From a virus, in IMG/VR virus record IMGVR_UViG_3300030328_003747, positions 32,001 through 96,000 of that record: 64,000 nucleotides of DNA; one strand, written 5' to 3'. This document shows, piece after piece, positions 7,686 through 18,400 of the stretch. The notes beneath the pieces were generated by a model. That model had not been told where the DNA came from and did no database searches. It saw nothing but the letters and a program-made list of their open reading frames with translations. The translations under genes were made by a program, and so were the position numbers. Each line of letters begins with the position of its first letter. Positions within the stretch are counted from its first letter, which is position 1.

Positions 7686-9689
7686 ATGAATAAAGAATTA
7701 GGACCTGAAGGAGCTACTTTAGCAGAAGAAGCTAATCAGCTTGAGCTAGAGGAATTAGATGCCCTTGGAGCTTTATTAAGATCTAAATATACAGAATATA
7801 AAGATGCTCGAGATGAAATTGAGGATCATTGGATTGAAGACCTTAGAGCTTTTATGGGTCAATATGATCCGGATGTTTTAGCAAAGATTCAGTCTAAAGG
7901 CGAAAGATCACAAGTTTATGTTGGTCTAACCAGAACAAAAGTATTAGCAGCTTATTCAAGAATTACCGATTTATTATTTCAGCCTGGACAAAAATTCTTT
8001 TCGATTGAATCAACCCCTATTACTAAACAACCAATTTTAGAACAAGAACTTACTGAAAAGGCAACTTTAGAAATTATGCAAGCTGCCGAAGTAATGGACC
8101 CTAATTTAGTGCAAGACATAATTGCATCTAGATTTTCTGAGCTTAAAGAAGAAATTGAAAAAGAGACAGCTCTTAGAGTTGAAAATATGGAAGAAGCTAT
8201 TTTAGATCAAGCGTTAGAAAATAATTTAGAAGGTAAAATGAAAGACGCTATTATGGAGCAAGTTATTTTTGGTACGGGAGCTATGAAAGCTGGAACACTA
8301 AGAATAGAAAAAGATCATAAATGGGTTAAAGGAGATGAAGGATTTGATTTAATTTATGAAGAAAGTCCTTTACCAGAGATGGAGGCAGTATCTATTTTTG
8401 ATTTATATCCCGACCCTCATGCTACTTCAGTAAATGATATGCGTGATATTTTTAGAAGACATATTGTTTCAAGAACAGAATTTGCTGATTTAAAAGATTT
8501 TCCAGGATTCAATGTTGATCTTATTGATGAATGCATAATGATGAATCCAGAAGGAAATCACGATGAAGCACAACATGAAAAAGATAGAAGACAAATAGCT
8601 AATGTTAAAGATAGAAGCACTCAGACAGAAAAGTTTGAAATATTAGAATTTTGGGGTTCTTTAAATGGTAATGATTTAAAAGAAGCTGGAATAGAGTTTG
8701 ATGCCGATGATGATTTAACTCAAGAGTATAGTGCTAATATTTGGGTTACTGATGGCAAAGTTATTAAAGCACAATTAAATCCTTTGCCTGGTGGAGTTAT
8801 TCCATACTTTATTTTTCCATATGAGAAGAACCCACACGCATTCTGGGGAACTGGTGTACCTAGAATGATGCGTGATTCACAAGCTACTATGAACGCAGCT
8901 ACTAGAATATATTTAGATAATGTTGCTTTATCTTCTGGTCCTATGGTTGAAGTAAATACAGATATCATGGCTTCAGGAGAAGACCCAACAGAACTATATC
9001 CATGGCGTGTATTCTTGCGAGAGGGAGGAGATGGAAACCAGCCTATGGTTCGTTTTTATCAACCTCAATCTAATTCACCAGCCCTTGTTTCAGTAATAGA
9101 ATTATTTAGAAGATTTGCTGATGAAACAACAGCATTACCATCATATACACATGGACAAACAAACAGCTCACTAAATAGAACGGCTACAGGTATCTCAATA
9201 TTAATGAGTAATGCCAATATTGTTCTAAAATCAGTCATCAAAAATATTGATGATTTCTTAACAAAACCAATGATACGCTCACTTTATGATTGGAATATGA
9301 CATGGAATGAAAATGAAAATGTCAAATCAGATATGCGTGTTATTGCAAAAGGATCCACAGCCCTGATACAGAAAGAAGTACAATCACAAAGATTGCTACA
9401 ATTCTTGTCTTTAATCAATAACCCAATAGATGCACAAATGGTTGATAGAGAAAAACTATTAACTGATATAGCTAAATCATTGGATATTGATCCAGACGAA
9501 GTAATAAAATCTCAAGAGGAGTTAATGAATGAGCAAGCACTACAACAAGCTATCCTTGCCAGCCAGCAAGGCGGTGAAGTTAATCAAGTCGCAAATGCCG
9601 AAGGAATGGTCGGTCCTGATGGAAGAAATGGAGTCCCTACGCCAAGCGGAGCGGGACCAGTTGGAAATAACGGACAATTACCTCTTTAG
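7686..9689 (+). CDS. portal protein (module A)
   Basis: 667 aa after terL; RTKVLAAY, FWGTGVP, RTATGISILM motifs of podoviral portals. Confidence 0.9.
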   Translation: MNKELGPEGATLAEEANQLELEELDALGALLRSKYTEYKDARDEIEDHWIEDLRAFMGQYDPDVLAKIQSKGERSQVYVGLTRTKVLAAYSRITDLLFQPGQKFFSIESTPITKQPILEQELTEKATLEIMQAAEVMDPNLVQDIIASRFSELKEEIEKETALRVENMEEAILDQALENNLEGKMKDAIMEQVIFGTGAMKAGTLRIEKDHKWVKGDEGFDLIYEESPLPEMEAVSIFDLYPDPHATSVNDMRDIFRRHIVSRTEFADLKDFPGFNVDLIDECIMMNPEGNHDEAQHEKDRRQIANVKDRSTQTEKFEILEFWGSLNGNDLKEAGIEFDADDDLTQEYSANIWVTDGKVIKAQLNPLPGGVIPYFIFPYEKNPHAFWGTGVPRMMRDSQATMNAATRIYLDNVALSSGPMVEVNTDIMASGEDPTELYPWRVFLREGGDGNQPMVRFYQPQSNSPALVSVIELFRRFADETTALPSYTHGQTNSSLNRTATGISILMSNANIVLKSVIKNIDDFLTKPMIRSLYDWNMTWNENENVKSDMRVIAKGSTALIQKEVQSQRLLQFLSLINNPIDAQMVDREKLLTDIAKSLDIDPDEVIKSQEELMNEQALQQAILASQQGGEVNQVANAEGMVGPDGRNGVPTPSGAGPVGNNGQLPL

Positions 9690-9798
9690 TCAAGGTCGTT
9701 GCGACATTCTTAAGTTTATAGTATCTTTAGACGAGATTGCTGACAAAGTAATCAAAGCGTTAGGCACCCGAAAGGATACACCTAACATTTATAGTTAA
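9529..9798 (+). CDS. small post-portal head protein, overlapping the portal 3' end
   Basis: GAGGAG RBS at 9516; SQGR motif typical of the gene following portal. Confidence 0.6.
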   Translation: MSKHYNKLSLPASKAVKLIKSQMPKEWSVLMEEMESLRQAERDQLEITDNYLFSQGRCDILKFIVSLDEIADKVIKALGTRKDTPNIYS

Positions 9799-9830
9799 TT
9801 TTATCGATACCCCGATTAAGGACCGAAAAA

Positions 9831-10802
9831 ATGGATAGAGAAAAAACTAAAGGCGAGATGATCGCTGAAAAGCTTGAAAAAGAAGCTGATGAGATGTTGA
9901 AACAAGTTCAAGATTCTCAACAGGAATCCGAAGTTGAAGCTAAAGGGCTCGCAACCCAAGAAGAAGAAACAGAGGACACCCCTGAAGAGTCTCAAGAAGA
10001 TGTGGATAATTCACCCGATGAATCTCAGGATACTGAAGACTCATCTGATCAGCAAGAAGAGATTCAGGAAGAGGACATTAAATCTGATAAGGGTTTGTTG
10101 TCTGCTGAACAGTGGGAAGAAAGGTATAAAAACGCCCAGGCGAAAATGACCAAATCTACCCAGAGAGAGAAAGAACTCGAAGCTAAAATAGCTGAAATGA
10201 ATAATAAATTCACAGCAATGGAAGCGATGAAGTCTGATGCTCAAGTTGAAAAACAGAAAGAACAAGTGAATGTTGACCTTTCTGAGATAATTAAGGAATA
10301 CCCAGATTTGGTGAAACCTTTACAATCTTATGTTGATGCTCGCATTGCCGCTGTTGATCAAAAGGTGAATCAGGCTACAGATGAGGTCTTGAAATCTCAA
10401 AAAGAAGAAGCAGACAAAAAGCATTTCGATGCTATTGCAAGTACACACCCGGATTGGAAGTCTTTATCAGCAAGTGAAGATTTTTCACTCTGGTTAAGCA
10501 GACAATCAAGGATGTGGCAAAACGCAGCTAAGGATGGAGATGCCGAGGATGTTGTATCCCTCTTATCAAAATATAAAGAAGATTTGGGTCTAGTTTCCAA
10601 CAGTGCTTCTAAAAAAGATTTAGTAGAAAAGGCTAAACAAAATGTTGAACCTTCACTCTCTAAAGCTAGGAAGCAAAATGTAACAGGTAGTAAGAAGATT
10701 TGGACTGCCACGGAAATTGGAAAACTAACTGATAAACAGTTTAGTAAACACGAAAAAGATATTGATCGTGCTTATTCTGAAGGAAGGGTGAAGGACAGGT
10801 AG
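9831..10802 (+). CDS. capsid scaffolding protein (module A)
   Basis: Acidic N-terminus, coiled coil, HPDW, C-terminal AYSEGRV; directly before capsid gene. Confidence 0.8.
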   Translation: MDREKTKGEMIAEKLEKEADEMLKQVQDSQQESEVEAKGLATQEEETEDTPEESQEDVDNSPDESQDTEDSSDQQEEIQEEDIKSDKGLLSAEQWEERYKNAQAKMTKSTQREKELEAKIAEMNNKFTAMEAMKSDAQVEKQKEQVNVDLSEIIKEYPDLVKPLQSYVDARIAAVDQKVNQATDEVLKSQKEEADKKHFDAIASTHPDWKSLSASEDFSLWLSRQSRMWQNAAKDGDAEDVVSLLSKYKEDLGLVSNSASKKDLVEKAKQNVEPSLSKARKQNVTGSKKIWTATEIGKLTDKQFSKHEKDIDRAYSEGRVKDR

Positions 10803-10845
10803 TCTTACTATATAGATTAATTTTTAAAATATATAGGAGAAAAAA

Positions 10846-11709
10846 ATGGCATATTCATCAAGTAGTGGAAGTTTTTCTTTCGCAGCTGGAGAACAGCATT
10901 TTATACCTGAAGTATTTTCCAAAAAGCTACAAGCTAAGTTTTACGCTCAGACCGTTTTGTCGGATGTAACAACTAACGAGTACGAAGGAGAAATTTCAGG
11001 GTTAGGTAATAAAGTAAACATTAGAACAGTACCAGCAGTATCTGTAGCAGATTACACTGGCTCACTGACTTATTCAGATGTTACTTCAAGTACAGTAGAG
11101 CTTGATATCAACAAGGCTAAAAGTTACGCTTTTAAAGTTGATGATATTTTAAGAACTCAGTCTGATATTGATTTTATGAATGCAGCAGCAGAAGATGCAG
11201 CTCAAAACATGAAAATTGCAGTTGAGCAAGATGTGTTTGGAAATGTTGCTTCAGGTTCATCTTTATCAGATGTAAACAGTGGTGGTGCAGCTACAACAGC
11301 TGCTAACATCTTAGGGCTTATTTTGGATTGTGGTAAATCACTAGACCAAAATAATATTCCAGAATCTGATAGGTTCTTAATTATTGACCCAGCAACAGCT
11401 GCTGTAATTAAAAACTCAGACCTTAAGCAAGCTTACTTAACAGGTGATAGTGTTTCACCATTAAGAAATGGAAAGATTGGCATGATAGATAGATTTAATG
11501 TTTATGTATCTAACAATTTAACTGTTGCTAGTGGAGTAACTTCTGGTTTCTTTGGTCATCCGAAGGCTATAGCTTATGCCTCTCAAATGACTAATACTGA
11601 AACTGTAAGATTAGAATCTTCATTTGGTGACGGTGTAAGAGGTTTAACTGTATATGGCTATAAAGTTGTTGTTCCAACAGCATTTGGCGAACTTAAGTTA
11701 AACTCTTAA
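10846..11709 (+). CDS. major capsid protein (module A, P22-coat-like)
   Basis: FIPEVFSKKL, EYEGEI..G..V.I, VDDI, LRNGKIGMIDRFNVYVSNN, VRGLTVYGYKV; followed by terminator. Confidence 0.9.
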   Translation: MAYSSSSGSFSFAAGEQHFIPEVFSKKLQAKFYAQTVLSDVTTNEYEGEISGLGNKVNIRTVPAVSVADYTGSLTYSDVTSSTVELDINKAKSYAFKVDDILRTQSDIDFMNAAAEDAAQNMKIAVEQDVFGNVASGSSLSDVNSGGAATTAANILGLILDCGKSLDQNNIPESDRFLIIDPATAAVIKNSDLKQAYLTGDSVSPLRNGKIGMIDRFNVYVSNNLTVASGVTSGFFGHPKAIAYASQMTNTETVRLESSFGDGVRGLTVYGYKVVVPTAFGELKLNS

Positions 11710-11720
11710 TAATAAATTTT

Positions 11721-11744
11721 GGGGAGCTTCGGCTCCCCTCTTTT
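11721..11744 (+). terminator. rho-independent terminator after capsid A
   Basis: GGGGAGC-TTCG-GCTCCCC followed by TCTTTT. Confidence 0.85.
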
Positions 11745-11787
11745 CATTATTTATGATATCTTTAATAAATACCCCGAAGGAGTAATA

Positions 11788-12069
11788 ATGACGAAAGACG
11801 AATTAGTAAAAGTAGCAAAAGAAAAGTTTAATGTTTCTTTAAATCCTAAAGACAAATTGGTAGATTTGGAATCACAACTTTCTTCACTAGAGAAATCTGA
11901 TTCTGTAGATAAGCCTGTTAAAAAGGCAAAATCAAAAACACCACTTTATTCAGTTGGCGAACATGGAAAAATAGTTCCATATAGCCCTATACATAGAGAA
12001 GAGTATTGGAACTTTATATATGATGAAAAATCATTAACTGATGAGCAAAAAAAACTTTTAGGTAAATAA
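11788..12069 (+). CDS. hypothetical virion-associated protein
   Basis: Likely start MTKDEL after AAGGAG RBS. Confidence 0.6.
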   Translation: MTKDELVKVAKEKFNVSLNPKDKLVDLESQLSSLEKSDSVDKPVKKAKSKTPLYSVGEHGKIVPYSPIHREEYWNFIYDEKSLTDEQKKLLGK

Positions 12070-12070
12070 A

Positions 12071-12733
12071 GTGGCAACAGTTAAAGTAATAGATTTAATA
12101 GACAGAGCTGAGGAAATTCTTCAAGATACGACCAATGTTCGTTGGACCCAGCAAACTTTATTAAACTATCTTAATGATGCACAAAGAGAAATTGTATTAT
12201 TTAGACCAGATGCTAATCCAGTAAATGCATCCTTTACTTTAGCTCAGGCAGCTAAACAAACACTACCAACAGCAGCATTAAGATTATTATCAATCTACGC
12301 AAATGCTTCACCAGCAACAAAACCTATAACAAATATAGAAAGAAGAGTTCTTGACGATCAAATAGAAGACTGGCATGGAACTACAGGAACAAGTGTTGAG
12401 CATTATGTGTATGATCCAGTAGATCCAAAAATATTTTATGTATATCCTCATCCTTCAGGTGGAGGACATACTATAAGTATTGTTTATAGTTCAGCCCCTA
12501 GTGACATTACTATTGGTAATTTTTCTAGCGACACAACTGTAATATCTTTGGATGATGTCTATGCTAATGCTATTTTAGATTATATGCTTTATAGGGCTTA
12601 TCAAAAAGACACCGAATATGCTGGAGATATGAATAGAGCTGGAGTTTATCTTCAAGCATTTCAAAGTTCACTAGGAATAAAGGCTCAAGTTGATGCTGCT
12701 TCAATGCCTTCGCCATCAACTCCAGCACAGTAA
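12071..12733 (+). CDS. head-tail adaptor-like protein (DUF6682-like)
   Basis: LQD...RW...LLNYLNDAQREIV..RPDA; FYVYP; DYMLYRAYQKD. Confidence 0.75.
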   Translation: MATVKVIDLIDRAEEILQDTTNVRWTQQTLLNYLNDAQREIVLFRPDANPVNASFTLAQAAKQTLPTAALRLLSIYANASPATKPITNIERRVLDDQIEDWHGTTGTSVEHYVYDPVDPKIFYVYPHPSGGGHTISIVYSSAPSDITIGNFSSDTTVISLDDVYANAILDYMLYRAYQKDTEYAGDMNRAGVYLQAFQSSLGIKAQVDAASMPSPSTPAQ

Positions 12734-12739
12734 TGAATA

Positions 12740-13417
12740 ATGGCAGCATCAAAAAAAATAGAATCATTAGTACCTAAAGTAAAAAGAGAGGCTCCTAATT
12801 GCCCATCTTTTATTGTTATTGAGGAACTAAGAAATACTATTATCGATTTTTGTGTTAATACAGATATTTATTTAGCAGACCTTACACTTTTCCAGTCAGT
12901 AACTGGAATAAATGAATATGAGTCTAATGACCTGGACATTCCTTCAGGAGCAGAATTAAATCATATATTAGAATTTTTTTACGAGAACGGAGAATCCGAT
13001 GCTCAAATATCAGAAAAAAGTTTTTCAAGATTAGAACCAAAATCTTTAATTGGAAACCCATCTTTATTTGATTCATACGGGAAAGGACAGCCAAAATATT
13101 ATTCTCAAAAGGATCAAGAAACAATTTTACTTGCTCCCACCCCAGACAAAAATTATTCTTTATATGCATTATATAGCTTGAAACCAACATCAACTGCTAC
13201 AACAATTCCAAATATCATCATTAATGAATATCAAGAAACTATAGTTCATGGTGCTCTTTATAGGCTTCAGATGATGAAAGATAGCCCTTGGAGTGATTTA
13301 CAGGCAGCAGATTTAAATAAAATTATGTATGATAAAGGAGAGGCAAGAGCAGTCAGAAAAACTAAATATGGTTTAGTTGGTGCTCCTCTAACAGTTACAT
13401 ACCAGGAGTTTGTATAA
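12740..13417 (+). CDS. tail/adaptor structural protein
   Basis: PNCP, LAPTPD, SLKPT, IVHGALYRL, PWSD motifs; position in operon. Confidence 0.65.
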   Translation: MAASKKIESLVPKVKREAPNCPSFIVIEELRNTIIDFCVNTDIYLADLTLFQSVTGINEYESNDLDIPSGAELNHILEFFYENGESDAQISEKSFSRLEPKSLIGNPSLFDSYGKGQPKYYSQKDQETILLAPTPDKNYSLYALYSLKPTSTATTIPNIIINEYQETIVHGALYRLQMMKDSPWSDLQAADLNKIMYDKGEARAVRKTKYGLVGAPLTVTYQEFV

Positions 13418-13792
13418 ATGGCATATTCAACAACAATAAAAGTAGTAACAGGAGATACACATCCTGAATTAAATTTTACTTTAACTGATAGCAATACAGC
13501 GGCTGCGGGGAAAACATTAGACCCTGAAGACTCTACAACATTTGCACCAATAAATTTATCTGGTTCTACAGTTAAAATAAGAATAAGAAAAATAGGAACT
13601 ACTGCAATATTGGCAACTCTTACAGCCTCATTAACAACCCCAGCAGAAGGGAAATGTGCAGCTGTATTTACAAATTCAACATTTTCTACATCAGGATTTT
13701 ATGAGGGTGAAATAGAAATTACCAAATCAGACGGTAATATTCAAACTGTTAATGATTTAATTAAATTTAATGTGAGAGATGATTTTGACTAA
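13418..13792 (+). CDS. BppU-like beta-sandwich tail protein
   Basis: GDTxPxL.F.L...INLSG...G.YEGEIEIT...IQT. Confidence 0.6.
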   Translation: MAYSTTIKVVTGDTHPELNFTLTDSNTAAAGKTLDPEDSTTFAPINLSGSTVKIRIRKIGTTAILATLTASLTTPAEGKCAAVFTNSTFSTSGFYEGEIEITKSDGNIQTVNDLIKFNVRDDFD

Positions 13793-14958
13793 TGGCTATA
13801 AAGTTAACTGTAGAATATGTAAACCTACAGGCTTCAACTCAAACTCAAGAAGCTTCAGCATTAATAGAGTCTGCTCAATCTTCATCACCTAGTTTATCCA
13901 CAGGTTATACCAAGTATTCTGCTTCTGTTAGCAATCAAGTAATTGCTCCTTTAAAAGGGATTTTATTAAGTTACATAAAACCACACTTATCAACAAATTA
14001 TACAAATTTAAATCTTAAAATTTTTGTTGATTCAGATAGTAAAAACTTATATTTCTTGCCAGGCAATCCTAATGCAGAAACGATAACAGTCCAGGAACAA
14101 GTTGTATTTTCATTTAATAATGTTTTATCTGACCAATTTTCATTTTCAGATTTAACTTTATTTTCTGTTTCTAAAGGATTTCCAGAAACAGTTAATTTAT
14201 CAGAAAGTTCAGTAATATCATCTGATTTAGTAAAACAAGATCAGGTAACAATGTCTGAGTCTCATAGTTTTGGGTTAAGTAATGTTGCAGAAGAAAACAT
14301 ATCTGTTAGTGATATTACTTCATTAGCAACATCTATAAGTGAAGCAGATACATTTAGTTTTGCAGATACATCTGTTATGCACCCAAATTTAGGAAAAACT
14401 GAAACATTAAGTATGTCTGAATCTCTTTCTAGGGTAGTTTCATTTAATAGAGATTTTACAGACTCTTTTACTCTTGATGATAGAGCTTCTTTAGCAGACC
14501 CATTACAAACTGATTCTATTTTAAATAAAGACAATATAACAACGCTGTCTGAAGAACATATTTATAATTTTTCTAAAGTCCTTTCTGATTCTTATTCATT
14601 TTCAGATGAATTAAATTTTGAATCTAGTAAACCAATTAGTGAAAGTTTTTCTATATCTGAACAGAAAGCATATTTATTTTCAACACCTAGAACTGATGCC
14701 TTTAGTTTATCTGATTCTCCTGTTAAGTCTCCAGGTTTAAATAAGGCAGAATCTATATCTTTTTCTGATGAGCTTAACTCTTTTCAACTGGGAGTTGGAA
14801 AGACAGAATCTGTTTCATTATCAGAGACAGATGTGATATCTTTAAGCAAAGTAGATGCGGACTCCTTATCAGTAACTGAATCGATATCTTTTCAGGTAAC
14901 TTATGGTATTACTGGGGGTCTAAATACTTCTGCTTTAAATACCGGTGTATTAAATTAG
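13792..14958 (+). CDS. Ser-rich repetitive tail/fibre protein
   Basis: Many (E/D)-S/T-x-S-(F/L)-S-(D/E) repeats about 19 aa apart. Confidence 0.6.
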   Translation: MAIKLTVEYVNLQASTQTQEASALIESAQSSSPSLSTGYTKYSASVSNQVIAPLKGILLSYIKPHLSTNYTNLNLKIFVDSDSKNLYFLPGNPNAETITVQEQVVFSFNNVLSDQFSFSDLTLFSVSKGFPETVNLSESSVISSDLVKQDQVTMSESHSFGLSNVAEENISVSDITSLATSISEADTFSFADTSVMHPNLGKTETLSMSESLSRVVSFNRDFTDSFTLDDRASLADPLQTDSILNKDNITTLSEEHIYNFSKVLSDSYSFSDELNFESSKPISESFSISEQKAYLFSTPRTDAFSLSDSPVKSPGLNKAESISFSDELNSFQLGVGKTESVSLSETDVISLSKVDADSLSVTESISFQVTYGITGGLNTSALNTGVLN

Positions 14959-14966
14959 GAGAAAAA

Positions 14967-15395
14967 ATGTTAAAAGACGGACTAAAATTAAAAGGTAAGT
15001 TACAAATTGCTTTAAATGGGGAAACCATTAAAGAAATTGATAACCTAGTTGTAACCGCTGGAAAAAATTTCGTAGCTAGCAGAATGAAAGATGCTTCCGC
15101 CACTGCCATGACTCATATGGCTGTTGGTACAGGATCTACTGCTGCTGCCGCAGGGGACACTGCTTTAGGTTCACAAGTTGGATCTAGAGTAAGTCTTACT
15201 TCTACTACAGTTACCAGTAATGAGGTTGCTTATGTTGCTACCTTTGCTGCTGGAACTGGAACTGGTGCTCTTACAGAAGCTGGATTATTCAATGCTTCTT
15301 CAAGTGGAACTATGTTATGTAGAACAGTTTTTTCAGTAGTAAATAAAGGTGCAGCTGACTCTATGACAATAACTTGGACTGTAACAGTTTCTTAA
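14967..15395 (+). CDS. tail structural protein
   Basis: NLVVTAG, MAVGTG, GALTEAGLFNA, FSVVNKGAADSMTITWTVT. Confidence 0.7.
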   Translation: MLKDGLKLKGKLQIALNGETIKEIDNLVVTAGKNFVASRMKDASATAMTHMAVGTGSTAAAAGDTALGSQVGSRVSLTSTTVTSNEVAYVATFAAGTGTGALTEAGLFNASSSGTMLCRTVFSVVNKGAADSMTITWTVTVS

Positions 15396-15415
15396 TAAGA
15401 ACTTAGGAGTATTCT

Positions 15416-18400
15416 GTGGCAGTTGTTTTTAAGAACAATGCAAAAACAACCTTTAGTTCTGGGATAAATGACTCTGCAACTTCAATATCTGTAGTAGATG
15501 GCAGTGTCTTTCCATCCTTAGGAGCAGGAGAGGTTTGTTTTGTAACTTTTGATGATGGTGTTAACAATGAAATTGTTAAAGTTACTGCTATTAGCAGTAA
15601 TACTCTTACCGTTGTTAGAGCACAAGAAAGCACTTCAGCAAGATCTTTTTCCGCAGGCGATGATGTAGAATTAAGGCTAACTGCTGGAATACTTGGTCTG
15701 TTTTCTCAAACAGGCGTAGCTATTACCGATGAAATTGAAGCATATCTAGATGCTAACGGACTTACATTCCCAGACAACATTAAAGCTTATTTTGGTACAG
15801 GTAATGATTTAGAGATATATCACGATGGCTCAAACAGCATAATTTCCGAAACAGGAACAGGTGGCATAAAAATATTTACTGCGGGTGTAGCAACATCAGG
15901 GTTTTATAAAGTTGGTGGTGAAGAATTAGCAACCTTTGAACCTGATGGTCCAGTCACTTTATATCATAATGATAGTGCAAAACTAGCCACATCAAGTAAT
16001 GGTATAGATGTTACAGGAAACATATTGCTTGATGATGGCGATCCTAGATTATATTTTCAAACAGGTTCATCACATTACAATTGGAAAATAGCAGCACAAG
16101 ATTCAACAAACAAAGGTTTTGAAATATCAAGTGGGGCAGCAGATGGGGCTGCTACTAACGACACTTATACCCCAAGAATAGTTATAGAAGCTGATACAGG
16201 AGATGTAGGAATCGGAACTACCTCACCAGCAGGTAAGCTAATGGTAAGAGAAGATACTGCTGCAAATCCAGCAAGAATAATTGTTAGTAATGGTGGAAAT
16301 GCAGAATCAGGAACTTCATCAAGACTATCTTTTTATGAAGGAACAACTGAAAAAAGTTATATAGAAAGAAGAAGAGATGGTTCTGGGAAAACTGCTTTTG
16401 TAACACCAGCAGACGATAATCCATTTGTTTGGGAAAATGCAAGTGGCGAGTTTATGAGATTTACTTCAGGTAATGTAGGAATCGGCACTACCTCACCTGA
16501 TGCAGCATTAGATGTAAGTGGTGAAATATATGCAGGAACAGGAACTATAATACCTTACCTATCATATTCAAATGGCAATAGTACAGGCATTATAGGAACT
16601 AAAAGCAATCATTCATTAGAGGTCAGAATAAATAATTCTGAAAAAATGAGACTTACTTCTACAGGTCTAGGAATCGGAACTACCTCACCTGCAACTAAAC
16701 TTCATGTAATGACAGCATCAAATGGTGCATCAACAGTAGGTGGTGCATCAGATGAATTAATTTTAGAAAATAGTAGTGATTGTGGATTAACAATAAGAAG
16801 TGGCTCGTCAAGTGATGGAGTTATTAGTTTTGCAGATGCAGACGATCATAATGTAGGTCAAGTATATTATGAGCATGATAACAATGCTATGGTGTTTAGA
16901 ACCAATGACTCTGAAAGAGTAAGGATTAATTCTTCAGGTAATGTAGGAATAGGAACAAGCTCACCTGATGGAACAAGTAGGCTTACATTAGTACACCCAA
17001 GTGGAACTAATGGCAGACTTATATCTTTATATAGATCAGCAGGTGCTTATGGCTTTCATTTAGGAGTAGATTCAAATAGCCATTTTAATATATATGACAA
17101 TAATGGCACTAGCTCTTTGATGGCTATAGCCCATACAACAGGTAATGTAGGAATCGGAACTTCTTCTCCTTCTTACCCATTAGATGTTAGAAAAAATCAA
17201 GCTGGTTACACATATATTGCTGCTGATAATGCTAATTCGGCTGCATCAGGAACAGGTAGTGGTTTTGCTGTTACTGAATCTGGAAGTATTGCATGGTATA
17301 TGAGGGGTGAAAGAGATGGTACAGGTAAATTCAACATAGGAAATTCAGCCAATAGATTAACCATAGATTCTTCAGGGAATGTAGGAATCGGCACAACAAG
17401 CCCCAGTTTTTCAGCAGGTTCTGGTTTAGAAATAAGTAGAGCAGGTCCTGCAACTTTAAGACTAGAAGATACAGATGGGACAACAGGTGCAACAGAATTA
17501 GTACAAGTAGATGCAGACGGTTATTTATTAACTCGTCAATCTAGTAGTAACTTAATTTTTGGAATTAATAGTTCTGAGAAAATGAGGTTAGATAGTTCAG
17601 GTAATCTTTTTGTAGGTCGTTCAGGTGATTTATATAACTCAAAAGCAATCTTTGAAGAAGATCAAAACGCAAGAACACAAATATTAGTAAGAAATAATGA
17701 TTCAGGTTCTAGTGCATCTTCTTGTATTACTTTAAATGCTTCTGGTAATAGTTGGGTTTTAGATTGTGGTTCAAGTAATAAAAATTCTAATGCGTTTACT
17801 TTAGCACTTGATGCTTCTGCAACTACACCATCAGAAAAACTTCGTGTAGATACTTCAGGAAATGTGGGAATCAACAGAACCTCACCTTCAGATAAACTTG
17901 ATATAAATGGAACAATTAGTTTAAAAAATAATAGTGCTACAGATGCACATTATATTCATATGCCTAGAGGTGGTGGAATTACTTTTTATGGTGATGCTAA
18001 CCAACATCATGGCATCTTCTCAAGAAATCAAAGCAATAGTGCAGCAGACGATATTATGATTAGCACTTATGGGGCTTTATATGTTGATTTAGATTCAAAC
18101 GATAATAATAGTGCAAGTGCAGATTTTATTGTTGGTAAACATAATAGCACTAGCAATAATTTATTTAATCTTAGTGGAGAAACAGGAAACCTAACCATAT
18201 TAGGAAATATTACTGCTTATGGCTCACCTTCAGATTTAAGATTAAAAGAAAATATAGCCACAATAGAAAATCCATTAGATAAAGTTTCTCAACTTAGAGG
18301 TGTAACCTTTAATTACAAAGAAGATGGCTCAAAATCAACAGGTCTTATTGCTCAAGAACTAGAAAAAGTCTTACCTGAAGTCGTATATGAGACTGAAGAT

